Assembly: GCF_016433145.1 (NCBI RefSeq)
Contig: NC_058131.1
Location: 487,165,942 to 487,229,941, forward strand
Source: Gracilinanus agilis
Taxonomy: Eukaryota
Direction: 5' to 3'
Length of the DNA: 64,000 bases
Shown here: positions 51,006 through 64,000 of the stretch, piece after piece
How the letters are laid out: every line of letters starts with the position of its first letter
Numbering within the stretch: position 1 is the stretch's first letter
Position numbers and translations under genes: made by a program
Notes under the pieces: generated by a model
Database searches by the model: none
Seen by the model: the letters and a program-made list of their open reading frames with translations, nothing else
Told to the model about the DNA's origin: nothing

Positions 51006-51241
51006 CACAGGTTCTTAGCCTGGAGCCCAGGAACCCCAAGGAGTCTGTGGAATGATCTCAAGGGATCTGTGAATTTGGAGCTTTTAATATTTTGATAGCT
51101 CTATTTCAAAATAATTGATTTCCTTCATAATTCTATGGATCTTATGTCATGCCTTTTAAAGCATTATCCTAAGACAAGATCTATAGTTTTCATCAGACTC
51201 CCAAAGGAACCCAAGACAAACAGAAAAGTTAAGAAACTCTG
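51006..51241 (+). mobile_element. Charlie4-like hAT MITE with both decayed TIRs
   Basis: cacaggttcttagcc ... agttaagaaactctg termini; internal ttttgatagctctatttcaaaataattg. Confidence 0.68.
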
Positions 51242-52479
51242 GTCTGAGATAAAAAAGGCTATTAAGCCCAACTCTTGAGGAATTTCCAAAGGGAATGTGG
51301 GTAGGCATAAAATGTATAATCAGTTGGCAAATACTTATTAATTTTTTGTTACAATCCAAATGAAAGGAAGCCAAAATATAGTCTAACAATGTCCAGTTGT
51401 GTCATTTATCTTAGGGACTTTATTATTTTGAAAATAAATTGCTAGTTTGCATCATATTTACAAAGGAAATAAACCATCGCTCCCACATTCCATACTAGTT
51501 AATTCTCAGTAAGAGATATACTGATTGACTATTTACCCTTTGATTAAAATTACTCCTGCATGGCTGTTTTCAGTTGGGTAACAAATACCAAGGACAAGCT
51601 AAGTGTCAACATTTTACGCATTTTGTGAGTTTGAAGAGGATCTCAGCCTTGAAGTGATTGCAGAAATGAACTATTTTTTTTTCAAGTCATCGCAAACTCC
51701 AGAAATCAAGGTCTTAACGAATAAGATAAAATTAATAATTGCTATCTTCCACTAACGGATTCAGCATTCTTCATTAACCTCGCATTTTATCTGAGGAATG
51801 TCTGTAGTTTTCAGGTCAGGAGCTGCCCAAGGAGGCTATTGCTACACTGTCAAAATATAAAATGACTTCCCAGAAACTCACAAACAGGTTATATACATAG
51901 AGCAGCAGAAGTGAAAGACTCATTTACTATCCATGGATAGATGGTGATTTCGTTTCACATGGGCTCTCTACCGAGCCATCTGGCTTTAATGTCCTAATGG
52001 AAGTGTAGCATAAGAGGAAAGAGAGAGTGTCAATGGAAGAGAGCTTATGTAAGAGAAAAAGAAGCCAAATGGGAAAGTGAGAATGGCGTCATTACATACA
52101 AGCATTTTAATTAAATGATTTCCTAAAAGGACACTTTTTCACTACTATCACCTTCTTCCACCTATCATTCTCCCCATAATCACCCTACTCCTGATATACT
52201 TGGATTCCCTAGAATTGAACTTATCTTTTGGCTATTAGACCCTTTTTTCTTTTTTCTTTTCTTTTTTTTATTTCAACAGAGTCTTACTTCCATTGCTGGT
52301 GGCTGTAGGTATAATTAACTAATATAGAAGTAGGTTTTTTTTTAAAATATATTTTGTTTTAGCTATATCAACATCCCTCTATTCCCATCCAAATAAGTAA
52401 AACAAAACAAAACAAAACAAAAAAGACTAGCTGTGACTGATTTTATAATTTTTGTTGTTGTTGTATTGTTTATTTAAAT

Positions 52480-53900
52480 AGTTTTTCTTAAACTTTATTT
52501 CGGCATTGTTTGTTGTATTGAGTATAGTTTTTTTAAGTCATTTAATGTTGTCTTTTCTACATAGTCATTATTGGTGTATGTGTTATACTCTTAGGAAGCA
52601 TATTCATTTTGCTTTATTTCATAAGTCTTCCCATGGTCTCAGAATTAATTTGAGATTACAAGGTCATAGACTTAGAATTGTAAAGGATCTCAGATAATTC
52701 TCCATATTCTTTATTCCTTATGGTATAATAATATTCCATTATATTCCTATTGCCCAATTTGTTCAACCATTGGACACATGGCTTGTCTCAGTTTTATTCC
52801 TCAGATAGTGCTGCTATGAATATTTTTAAAATGAATGTGCTTTTTTTCTTCCAGTCTCCAAGTTAAAGGGTATCTTCTCGGTTATTCCTTCTTGGTTTCT
52901 AAAATGGTAAGAGCAATTTAGAGTACCACCAGCAGTGAATTAGTATGCCTCTTTTCCCAAAAGCCCCACTAAAATTTAATTTTTCTCTCTTTTACTATCT
53001 TTGCCAATTTGATGAGTATGAAGTGATACCCAAACTACTTTAATATAATGTAAGGTATATTTTTTAATGGCAAAAAATAAAATGAAGCAAGCTAAAGGTC
53101 TAATAGCAGGGGAATGGTTAAGCAAATTATTGTTATTAATGTAATAGATTACCATAATGAAATTATACTATGATGAATACAAAGAAAATTTGGATAAAGG
53201 TTTATTAAAAACACCAAAGAAAAACACCCAGAATAATATGTCATACTATGAATATATAGGAGAAAAACTGAATGAGAAGTAATATACAGCTATTAAGGAT
53301 ATAGATAAAGTATTTTAAATGCCTGCCTTATACTAGAATATTCTTTACCTTCCATTCAAACCCTATTCCCCCAAAAAGATCAAAGTCACAGGAAAAAGAT
53401 CTATCTGTACAAAAATTTTTTTTTGCTGTTGTAATGATATCATGGGCGTGGGGGGAGGAATTGGGTGACCATCAACTGGGCAATGGCTAAACAAATTTGG
53501 CATATTAATGTAATGAGAGATTATTGTACTATAAGAAATACCAATTATGACATAAGCACAGAACCTGGGAAGCCTGGTATGGCTACTTAGAAAGAGAAGC
53601 AAGTATAATCAAGAGAATAATTTCTACAATAACTAATATAAATGTAAGAAAAACATTATTGAAAAATTTTATAACTGAGCAATGCAATTGCAATCAGGAT
53701 TTAAGACTGCCTCCTGCTTTCTGGCAAAGACATGCCAGACATTTCCAGATACCCACAGCATTTGTTTTGCTTTGCTTGACTAAACTTTTTTGTTGTTGTT
53801 ACAAAGAGAGCTTCTCTTTGGCTGGATGTATCAAGTAGAATAAAGATGCAAAAAGAAATAACAAAAGAAGGAAAAGAGCATCTATGACATATGTAAAATA
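52480..53900. mobile_element. Cluster of old marsupial L1-like fragments in both orientations
   Basis: Reverse L1-like sequence at ~52500-53040; forward L1 ORF2-end motifs (ggggaatggtta...aatgtaat; gatctatctgtacaaaaatt...caactgggcaatggctaaacaaat) at ~53100-53600. Confidence 0.6.
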
Positions 53901-54744
53901 TAGAGAAGTTCAAATGAGGGCACAAGCAAGTAGGTTATTGATTTTACCATTGCATTAAATTTAATATACACTTAAAAGTCCAAACTATATGTTACAAAAG
54001 CTGTTTTTATATATTAAAATGTTTGTGCTTTTTGATGTATAGTATTTTCATGATGAAAGGAAAACTAAAAAAAAGAATGGATAAAGAATCCTGACAGAAA
54101 TTTAAAGTCATTGAAAAGTTACAATAGTGTATGCTTTGAAATTAATTTAAATGTAAATAGTTAATAAGCAAGTTTAATTAGTTGTATTGATATTCAATGT
54201 TAAGTTTATAATAAATCATTTAATTAAAAAATCAGATGCAACAGGAATCACTAATGAGAAAGATAGGAGTAACAAAATGAAGAGAACTTCAGGTCATTGC
54301 CAAAGACATATTAAAAAGAGAATGAGTGTGCGAAGAACAGAAACAGAAAATGATGGAGAGATTCTGTGAAGGCAGACACAATTTGTTAGTGGAGCTGTGA
54401 AGGAGTTCTATCAATATGGATAACAATATTGAATTATGCAAGAAAATGACTAACCTCTTTGTACCTTTTGAATCAATCACCCCATTACTTGGGATGTATG
54501 TGTACCTTCATGAAAGTCATGGGAGGTTTTGGGGGATTTTTTTTTTTGCAATAATAAAGAACTAGATGAAAAGTGGGTTCTAATTAATTAGGATTTTTAC
54601 AAAAGATGGCATATAAATAAAATGGAATAGTATGCTAAGAGAAATAATGAATTCAAAGAAACAGAGGTGTAATTAAAGTTGTTTATATAATGAAATAAGG
54701 AAGAAAAATATAACAGTTTACCCAAAGACCTTGTGTGTGTGTGT

Positions 54745-54970
54745 GTGGTCTAGTCATTTCAAACGAGTTAGACTCTTCCTGATCCCATTTGGGGTTTTCT
54801 TGGCAAGTATATTGGAGTGATTCTCCATTTCCCTCTCTAACTTATTTTAGAGAGGAGAGAACTGAGGCAAACTGGGTTAAGTGATTTCTGAAGTCACATA
54901 AGTAAGTTTCTGGGGCTGAATTTTAACTCAGGTCTTCCTGGTTCTAGGCTTACACTCTAATCACTATTCT
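54745..54970 (-). mobile_element. Mar1-type SINE with RTE-like tail
   Basis: gatcccatttggggttttcttggcaagtatattggagtg...gaactgaggcaaactgggttaagtga. Confidence 0.82.
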
Positions 54971-57804
54971 AACCAGCTGCTGAACAAACAAACAACAATA
55001 TATAAAGGAAAAGATTATGAGAAGAAAGCTAAATCCTGAATATCAAAATAATCTGGAAAACCAGTAATGGTCCTGGGGAACAGACAATGAAACATGCATT
55101 GAGAAGTAATGACTACAAAGTCTAAATGTCACGTACTGCTTGGCTCTAGTCACTCTCTGTTTTTTTTTTTCTTTGTTACAAAGGGAGGGTCAATGCAAAG
55201 GATGGAAAAGAGTATATTCAGAACAGACTATGATGAAAAAATGAGACTTATTTTTTAAAAGCTAAAACATAACGTGCGAAAGAAAAATCTAAGCAGCAAA
55301 CTTTGAGAACTAAACAGAGAAATTTGGAAGCCAAAACAACTGATTTAATCTGCTTTGCTGAGAGGCAGAGTGTCTCAAATGCAGGTGGTAATGGGTTCAT
55401 TTTACTCTGCCAAGGTCAGATCTTCTCTTGTGGACTGTGTTCTCTTCATGGTCTACTTTAGATTTACAATAATTAGTTTTCAATAGATTATAAGTCAATA
55501 TAGAATTTTATGATCAGAGATTTAGAAATTTTGGAGTCTATCCCCTTTATTTTATATTTTAAGTAACTAATGCTAAGGGAAGTAAATAACTTGCCTGTTT
55601 TGTATCTAATATTTTATAGTAGGGAAATGGTTAAATAAATTGTGTTTCCTTAACGTAATAGAATAGAGATTTGCTACATATCTGGTACATAGACAACCAC
55701 TATTCAAAGAATTAGAATATGATAAAATCTATTTAATCCTCCAATACTAATAAAAATAATCTTTTTCTTTATTTGAAACAGAAGATTTTGCAAGACCTCA
55801 CGGTAATCAGAATGAATAGGCATCAAGTCACTGGCATTGTCACTATTAAAGAGAAAGAGCTCCCTCCTTCAATTTAGAGAAAAATCTCTTGTAAAGGAAC
55901 AAAAAATAAAGTATTTATCTTCCTGAATCTCTTAAGAACAATTGTAGATATTACTGGTCACATACTGTGTATATGAGGCCTGAATTTCCAAAGATGAGAT
56001 GGGACAGTTGCAGAGATAATATTCCCCTGGAGAAAATGAGAGCTCAAATAGCTGGGGGTCGAATCTAGCACTCTCTGAACAGCAACACATTGTTGGTGGA
56101 GTTGTGAATTGGTCCAGTTGTTATAGATAACAATTTTGAAATATGTAAGAAAATGACTAAACTGTTGGTACCTTTTTGATTGAATTATTCCACTACTACC
56201 AATGAATGTATCTCTCTGAAAGGCATAGAAGGATTACTAATATTTTTTTTTGGCCATAATAAAGACCTGGTTGAAAAGTAAGTTCTAACCAATTAGGATT
56301 TTCACATGATCCTTAAAAGATTCTGAGAGACCTTGTCTGAAATATTTCACTCTTTATGTATACAAGGGTACAAGTAATTAAAGAATCTTATTAGAAGTCA
56401 TCTAATAAGATTTCTATTGCTATTGTTTTCATATGATTGGGACTTGAGTTTTCTATTATGTTCACAAAACCCTTCCTTGAAGTCAAAGGGTAAAGTCATT
56501 CGTGAGATGAGAACCATAAAGGTATTAATTCAATTTAACATTGGTTAAGCTTATTTCATCTTTAAAGAGCTTCACCATTGTCAATTAGTCTATCACAAAA
56601 ACAAAAATAATAAATACTAAACTAAATTAAGTGGCCCTAAAGTAAGCATGATATCTGAGATATTCAATTTTAAAAAATCTCCAGTTTGTGTTTCCTTCCC
56701 TCTTGGTAAAGGCAAATATTTACTTATCTTCTTATTTCCTAGGAATATAATATAAATTCTCCAAAGTCAAGGACTATTTCCTTTTTGACTCATTCCCTCT
56801 GCACACAGTCCCTGCCACATAATAAGCATTTAACAAATCTTTATTGAATTAAACTTAATGTTCCAAAGAATTGTTATTGGGCATTTAACTTGAATATTAT
56901 AAAATTTTAATAATGATGTTTAAAGTGTGTTTCCACAGTTACTCAGTAAGGTAGTATGGTTAGCTCCATCCTATCAAGATACAAAAATATCTGTGACATA
57001 CCAAATAAGTCACACAAAAAATGGCAGTGGGGTTTGATTTGATTCTTCTGGTTTACATTTAAGAGAAACTTTTATCTTGTAAGGTCAAGAAGCAGGGTCT
57101 TTTGAGCAATCACATAATCTCATAAATAGAGATTTATCACATATCAATCAACAAACATTTAGGAAGTGCCTACTATATGCCAGGTTTCATGCTAACTTCT
57201 GGGGATAAAAAAGAGGGAAAAGACAGTTCAAGGAACTAATGATTTAATTAGGGAGACCACATGAAAAATAAATATATATAAATCAAGTTATTTTCAAGTT
57301 AAATAGGAAATAATTAACAGAGAGGAAGGCACTAGAATTGGGGGAAGGGTTTTGGGAAGGCTTCCTGCAGAAGGCAAGATTTTTGGTTGGGATGTAAAGG
57401 AAACCAGAGAGATCATGTATAGTACCTAGATTATGACTTCAAAGAATTAGAAAATGATAAAATCTGTTTAATGCTGAACAAAATTTTTCTTTTTATGAAA
57501 AGAAGAATTTTGTAAGGCCTCAGGGTAACCAGAATGAAAAATCAATTATTATTATAGTGATGATATGTGGATGTGCTGATAAACACAAAGTTCTAGTGAA
57601 GAGAATGCTGGATAAGCCAGTTTTTGCTATAACCATACTATTCCTAGTTTAGACTTACTGGCATTTGTTAAACAAAATGCTGATTTTTTACAAGGGAGAT
57701 AAAATCTGGGGTGAAATTTTGTTAAGATGCTTTGCATCTTGGGTCTCTGTACACCTCCTTTCTTTCTATTACTCCTTGAGGATGAGGGGTGTTTTGTTTC
57801 TGGA

Positions 57805-58042
57805 GGCAGCTAGTTGGCACAGTGGTCAAAGCATGGAGCCTGGTGTCAGGAAGACTTGAGTTCACATGTGGCCTCAGAACTTACTAGCTGTGTGAGCCTG
57901 GGCAAGTCACTTATGTTTACCTTCTCCATCATAAAAGGAAATGGCAAACCATTCTAGTATCTTTGCCAGGAAAACCCCATGGATGGTATTGGCACACTGC
58001 GGTCCACGGGGCTGCAAAGACTCATAGACAACTGAACAAAAA
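57805..58042 (+). mobile_element. Mar1-type SINE with RTE-like tail
   Basis: ggcagctagttggcacagtgg...aaggaaatggcaaaccattctagtatctttgccaggaaaacccc. Confidence 0.88.
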
Positions 58043-58506
58043 ATGTTTTGTTTCTTTCTTTGTATCCTCAGTACTGAAAACAGTGCTTATCATAGATGCT
58101 TAATAAAAACTTGCTGATTTATAGGTTAATTGAGGGACTGACATACCATAGAAATTTTCACCAGATTGGTATTTGAACTACATATGGAATTTAGAATTAA
58201 AATGATCACTTTGGTTGAGTCTGAGATAATAGGAATAGACATTAGAAAGGAACACATGGAAGACTGACTGAATGAAATCATAAATTTGCAGCAGTTTATA
58301 AGGAGGATATGTCAAAAAGCAAAGAGGTAACCTAATAAAGAATATATAAGGAATGAATAAAACTAACAATAAAATAAATAAATATAATGATAAATATAAA
58401 TAAAATAAAATAAATAAACCAAACACCAATGTCTAGGGAAAGCAATCTATTATAACCCCTTTCAGGAACCTATCCCCTGTTAAATTCTCAGTGTAGCCCC
58501 TACTTA

Positions 58507-58755
58507 GGGGCAGCTGGGTGCCTCAGTGGATAGAATGCCATGCCTGGAGTCAGAAAGATTCATCTACCTGAGTTCAAATACAGCCTCAGACACTTACTAG
58601 CTGTGTCACATTGGCTAAGTCATTTAACCCTATTTGCCTTAGTTTCCTCATCTGTAAAATGAGGAAAAAGAAATGGAAAAGCCCTCTTATATTTTTGCTT
58701 AGAAAATCCTAGATGGGGACATAAAGAATCAGATGTGACTAAAACAACCGAACAA
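58507..58755 (+). mobile_element. Mar1-type SINE with RTE-like tail
   Basis: ggggcagctgggtgcctcagtggatagaatgcc...tttcctcatctgtaaaatgagg...gaaatggaaaagccctc. Confidence 0.88.
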
Positions 58756-60434
58756 GCCCCTTGTTGCTCCTATTTTACACTCAGACCTCCTACCAAGTGG
58801 TATAAATACTTAGCATATTGTTTTGTGAATATTCTAGAGATGGGCTTCAGATAAGGTGGTTAGCCTTTTATTTTCCTTACCATTTTTACCCCCTTTCCCA
58901 TTCCCCAGGGAAAATATCCCATTCAAACCTATACCAATATATCTGTTAAAGTATTTTCATAGTAGCATCATTTATATATTTTTTAATCTAACATTTTATA
59001 GTAGGGAAATGGTTAAATTGTGGTTCCTTAATGTAATAGAATATGATAATGCGTAAGGAGCATAAATAAAACCAATTTAAAGGAAGCTAGAGGATTTAAC
59101 TAAGAAGATTGATGGAGATATGAAGGGAATGACTAAAAATTTTGTGATATTTTTATGTTTTGGAATTAATGTTAGTGTGAAGATTTTCAAACTAATTTTA
59201 ATTAGTTGTATCGATGTTCAATAACACATTTATAATAACTCATTTAATAAAAAGAAAAACTAACTAGAAAGACAAGTTCTTTGGATCTTAATTTTCTGAC
59301 AGTCACTTCCTTGAGTAGTTCCCTGAAGCTGGAGACTAAATGGAGAAAGATGTTGGGGAAGGGAAAAGACAAAAACCCTTAGCAATAGAAAGAAATTGAT
59401 AAACACTCTCCCAAACAAAACAGACTCCACCAAAAGCTGACACAGGCCTCAAGTAATTAGTAGTCTTGATCTTCAATCAGCCATAAAGGGTGCTGAAATG
59501 AGCTGACCTGGGTACTGTTTAATGGAGAATAATCAGCACTCCACTAGACCAGGGGATAGAATACAAATGCAGGTTCTGTTCACCCTCAAAGTGGGAAGGG
59601 GGGTAGCACAACTAAAATTATTGACTTTATGCATCACTCAACAATTATAGGAAACATTATCTCAACCTCTTAGTAGACAATTAAAATAATTGCCATCCTT
59701 TCATCCTTCCCCTTTAACAGCACTCTCTTGGTACCTAATTCCCTTTGTGTCTTGACATGCTACATGTATCTACTTTGCTAGGAAAGAAGCAAGGCTCAGC
59801 ATAATTGGGCCATTTCCCTGTCACACTAGTTTGCTTCTGAATTTTGCTCCTCTCCATGGGTTGTAGTAAGGTCAATCATATGCAGTCAAATGGCTGAGCA
59901 GATATAAGATATGCATATACACCAGAACTAAGTGCATGTTGTCTGGGCAGCTCAAGAGACAGAGGGAGCTCTTAAGACTTAAAAAAAATAGTTTTAGATA
60001 AAGCATTTGGGAATTCTCATATTCTTATTGACTGTCAGCTTGGATTAAAGCTACTGCTGACACTCTATTTCTATTGCCTTTTCAGGGAGAAATAGTAGAT
60101 GATGATGCATAATCTGATGAATTTGGGTTGAATTAAGTACAGCAACTTAATGTCTTCTTAAGTAAAAGAAATTTTTTGTTTGCACCATGTCTCTCTGTTA
60201 GAAAAATGAATGACTACCTTACCTCAAATACCTAGAAATGTCCCATATACTATTCCTGGGCTCTGATTCTATCCTAAATTCTGTCCATCCGCCTCTAAAA
60301 TTGGAGTTCAGTTTGAGGAAACACAGAGCAAAAATTTTTCCCCCTTTGAGTAATGCTAGGATTCCTTCTTGCCTGTGCTGTATGTCTTACAAAAGATGGT
60401 TAATGTATCTGAGGTATCCTGGTATATTTTATTG

Positions 60435-60471
<37 letters not shown>
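60435..60471. repeat. (TCA)12 trinucleotide microsatellite
   Basis: Read directly; it produces the poly-His run in ORF 60238-60585. Confidence 0.96.
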
Positions 60472-60473
<2 letters not shown>

Positions 60474-60959
60474 CTGCCAAGCAAGAAGAGATCTGGGGAG
60501 GGATCAACAATTTATTATGAGTCTGGAACTATGCCTACCCCTTTGTAAATATTATATTTGTAAACATAAAATATTTGAAAATTGATAATATATGATTTTC
60601 TAGTTAACATATGAGTTCCTGGAACCACCAACATTGTCCTCTCTGGACATTTGTGACACTCTTCAATCATGATTATATTCTCAACTGTCAGACTGTTCTC
60701 TGTTTACAGTGTGTGACCATACTCCCTTCAAGGAATCATATATTATTATGTGAGATGGGGTGTATATATAAGATATATATCTATATAAGATACATAGGGT
60801 CTATATAAGATATATACAAAACAGACATTAGGTAACCTTAGATGAGAAAGGACTAGCAGCTAGTCAAACCCAGAAAATTACTCCTGCGGAAGGTAGCACT
60901 TGATCAGTCTTGAAAAGAGCCAAAATTCCTTCTCCCTCTCTCCCTCTCCCTCTTCTTTT

Positions 60960-62080
60960 CTCTCTCTGTCTCTCTCTGACTTTCTCCTTTCATTTTCTTT
61001 CTTAATGTTCTCATCAGCTCCTGTGGTTTCAGTTATCATATCTATGCACACGACTCATGGATCTACATAACTAGCCCTTATTTCTCCTTTGAGCTACATT
61101 CCAACATGCCCCACTGCTATTTGGATATCACCCTCCTGGATATTCTATAGGAATTTCAGACTAGACCTATCTAACTCATTATCTTTTCCTTTTATCCCAC
61201 CTTCTTTTCTGAACTTCCTCATTTCTGTTGAGGGAACCTCCTTTCTTCCAATCACTGGAGTTGAAACCTTAAAGAGATCTTTAATTCTTCCCTCTCCCTC
61301 GCATCCATATCCATTCAGTTGACTAGTCTTGTCAGTCCTTCCTCCTTACCATCTGTTGTCTTCTCTCCAACCACCATCTTTCTTCTTCCAGCTCACATAA
61401 CAACAAACCTCAGTGAGAACCTTTTTTTATCTCTTACCTAGATCATTGTGATAGCCTCATAATCGGAATTCTGGCATCCATGCTCTCCCCTTTTCAGTCC
61501 ATGCCCTACTCATCTGCCAAATTGATATTTATTAAGGACAGATCTGAACATTTCACTCTTACTCAAGATGTTTCCATGAATCTCTTCCATTGCCTCTAAG
61601 ATGTGATGAAAATCACTCTGTTGGATACTCAAATCCCTCTACAATCTAGTCTCTGTCTTTAGAGAGTGATTACATGTGCCTTTCCTCATATACTTAAAGC
61701 TATATCCAAATAAACCTACTTATTCTTCCATATATATAACCTTCCATCTCTAGCCTTTGTGCTTTGTATAAATTGTCCTCCATTCTTGAACTTGACTCTT
61801 TTTCCACCTCTTCCTCTAATATCCTCAGCCACCTTCACAATTCAGTTCAAGTGCTGATTCTTTTGAGAAATTTCTTTTGAGTCCCCCAGTTATTAATAGT
61901 CCTACTCAATTGCCTTATATTTATTTTGTATATTCTTTGCATTTACTCATCTATGAACATATTTTTTGTTTGCCCCACCTTAGAGGACATGAATTTTTAT
62001 CACTGTCTTTATATCTCCATCAGCTACAAGAATGTCTGATACATAGTAGGTTCATAAATGCTTAATAAATGCTTCCTGAT
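60960..62080 (+). mobile_element. L2 LINE remnant (~1.1 kb, RT end through 3' end)
   Basis: ggtttcagttatcatatctatgcacacgactca encodes GFSYHIYAHDS (decayed YHLYADDS RT motif); ends with the L2 tail ...gatacatagtaggttcataaatgcttaataaatgctt. Confidence 0.82.
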
Positions 62081-64000
62081 TGATCATCCTTTCTAGTTTC
62101 TTTTTCATTGCAGAACAGAGTACAGAGGATACTGCAGAATCAAATGTCTCCTATATTGTATAAACTTGTGCTGTACGTAGGGAAGAAACTGTTTATAAGT
62201 TGTGCAGTGTTTATAGTCCTAATACAAGAATTATTGTTCCTTTTTTTAATTTGGTAGAGAAATAATTGACTATCAAGAGTTGTTCATATTTTCCTTCCTC
62301 TTGGCTTTGTGACCATCCTAACATTTTGTTTTAACTAAACCATGGCCTCATTTGATGTCTTCTTCATTGCCTTAAGTGTCTAGTCTCTAAATTGCCTTCT
62401 CCTATGCCCAGGACTTGAGTATTAATTACCTTAGCATTAAAAGAGCTTCTTCTGCTTTCTCCTCCATTTGGTTTCAGTCCTTTCTTTTCTAAAGAGGACC
62501 AGTTTTCACCCCAACCCCCTTTCTCAGTGAAACTAACCACGGTTATCACCATTCCCAACCCTCGTCTTGCCATTCTTCACTTAGTCATCAATTCTCCCTC
62601 CATCTAGTGTTTTCACATCATCATTTATCACTAGAAGGTCTGTGATATCAGGTTGCCCAGATTGTGGCATCTCTGAATGAATTAAGCAAGAACAGCTAAG
62701 TAAGTTGGATAGAAACACTTCCTTTCTCTGCGCCCATCAGGCAGTGATAAAAGAGCCAGCCAAGAAAAGCAACATGACAGTTTGGAGCTCTGGCAAGATA
62801 GTCTATTTGTTTAAATTTTCTTATTTGCAACAGCAGCTCTTTAAAGTTTAAGTGATTGGGTTATCATGTGACAGTGCCTAAAATTCCTCCCATAGTATTT
62901 GACAGTCATTTAGCTTTTCCCTGTTTTTTAAAAATAATATTGCATTGTGTACTTTTTATTTTTTTTAGTTTACCCTTTGTTTTAAGTTGTTTCTGTATAT
63001 GCAAGGAAGAAAATGAATTTCAAAGAGTAACAGATCCCAGTTTATCTATAAATACCCAGATAATACCATTTTGACACAAATCATAAAATGCTACTAGCAA
63101 TACATAAATAGGATTGACAGACTGTGATCTCTTTGTTCCCTTCTTATCTATATATTCTGCTCTGCCCTCTTTTCTAGCTCCTCTCTATTCTCCTCATCCT
63201 CCAGTTAACTATTAGTGTTCTTTGCTTTTTTTTCCTTCTAAGATGTCTCTTTGAGGAAATTTATCCACACACTTAAATAGCATTTTCTGTCCCTGTACAG
63301 CTCTCTGTTCTACAGTATTTTCTACATTCTCTACAGTCCCCATCCTCCAAAACATGCAAAAATAGCTTGTCTCAAGGAGAAACATATTTTCTAATTTCAT
63401 CTTTGCATCCCCAGTACATAGCACTTGTGCTTAGTAGGTGGTTAATATATGTTTACTAAACTGAACCTTTTTCCCTTTTAGAAAAATTAAAAAATGAAAC
63501 AACCATGAATTTAGAATTCCAGCAACATCAAATGGGAGATAGGAAACTTGTGTCAAAATCTTGAAGACTTAGTTAAATCCTAACTTTGACATGTGTTGGG
63601 TCCAGGACACTGGGCAAGTCATTTAGCCTTCTATGGCTTCAGACAAATTTCTAAGATTATTGGAGACAAGGTACTGACCTGCATTGGCAGAGAGATTTTC
63701 CTTAAATAGAAAATCCTTCTACCAATGACATCATAGGTCCAGTTTCTATCTCTGTTACTAGCTTAATGATCATCAGTAGACACCATTTCAAATTCTCAGT
63801 AGACACAACCACTAATGGAAGAAGAACAAAAAAGAGGACTACATTAGGAAACTGAATTTCTATTAGAGTAAGTATTTTAAGTGTATACTAAAATTAATAG
63901 AGAAGAAGCAAAACTACCCTGTTATTGATGTTCTCTTCTAAAACTCTTTGCTTTTCTTATATGCATTTCAGTATTTTACTGATGCTCTTTTCTTTCTTCT

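Noticed and set aside
60238-60585. 115-aa ORF with a 12-His run
   Set aside because: The His run is the (TCA)12 microsatellite; the rest has no recognisable domain or splice context.
5661-64000. Further NRXN3 exons (EQGKIGVVFNIG..., the SS4 exon) or a beta-specific first exon
   Set aside because: I found no matching peptide in the ORF track or by eye. This is consistent with very long flanking introns, although an exon under 60 codons could be missed.

Overview
This is 64 kb of AT-rich, CpG-poor marsupial genomic DNA, most likely a didelphid opossum, judged from SINE1_Mdo-type, Mar1-type and L1_Mdo-type repeats. It holds one protein-coding exon: the 182-bp first LNS6 exon of neurexin-3 (NRXN3, + strand, 5479-5660), shared by the alpha and beta isoforms. 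Everything else is intron, dense with MIR/Mar1/SINE1 SINEs, L1/L2/L3 fragments, six LTR-like elements, hAT MITEs and a Tigger element. The other ORF-track entries are repeat-derived or chance ORFs. I find no prokaryote-style system (no CRISPR array, no operon) and no second gene. The best second-look items are: (1) an ancient AmnSINE1-like element with AP-1 and E-box motifs beside it (~28.6-28.9 kb); (2) a perfect 64-bp palindrome at an L1 truncation junction (47189-47252); (3) a ~115-bp AT-rich tandem array with higher-order order A-B-C-D-D-D-D-A-B-C-D-A' (15035-16445); (4) a TSD-flanked, poly(A)-tailed copy of only the 5' end of L1 (12369-12481); (5) an OC1-type hAT MITE of a family reported as horizontally transferred (32935-33278); (6) a CpG-retaining segment with nested inverted repeats (~14.2-14.4 kb). 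Repeat family names come from my recall of consensus sequences, not from a database search. Boundaries of old repeats are approximate, and many small MIR/L2 fragments are not listed.
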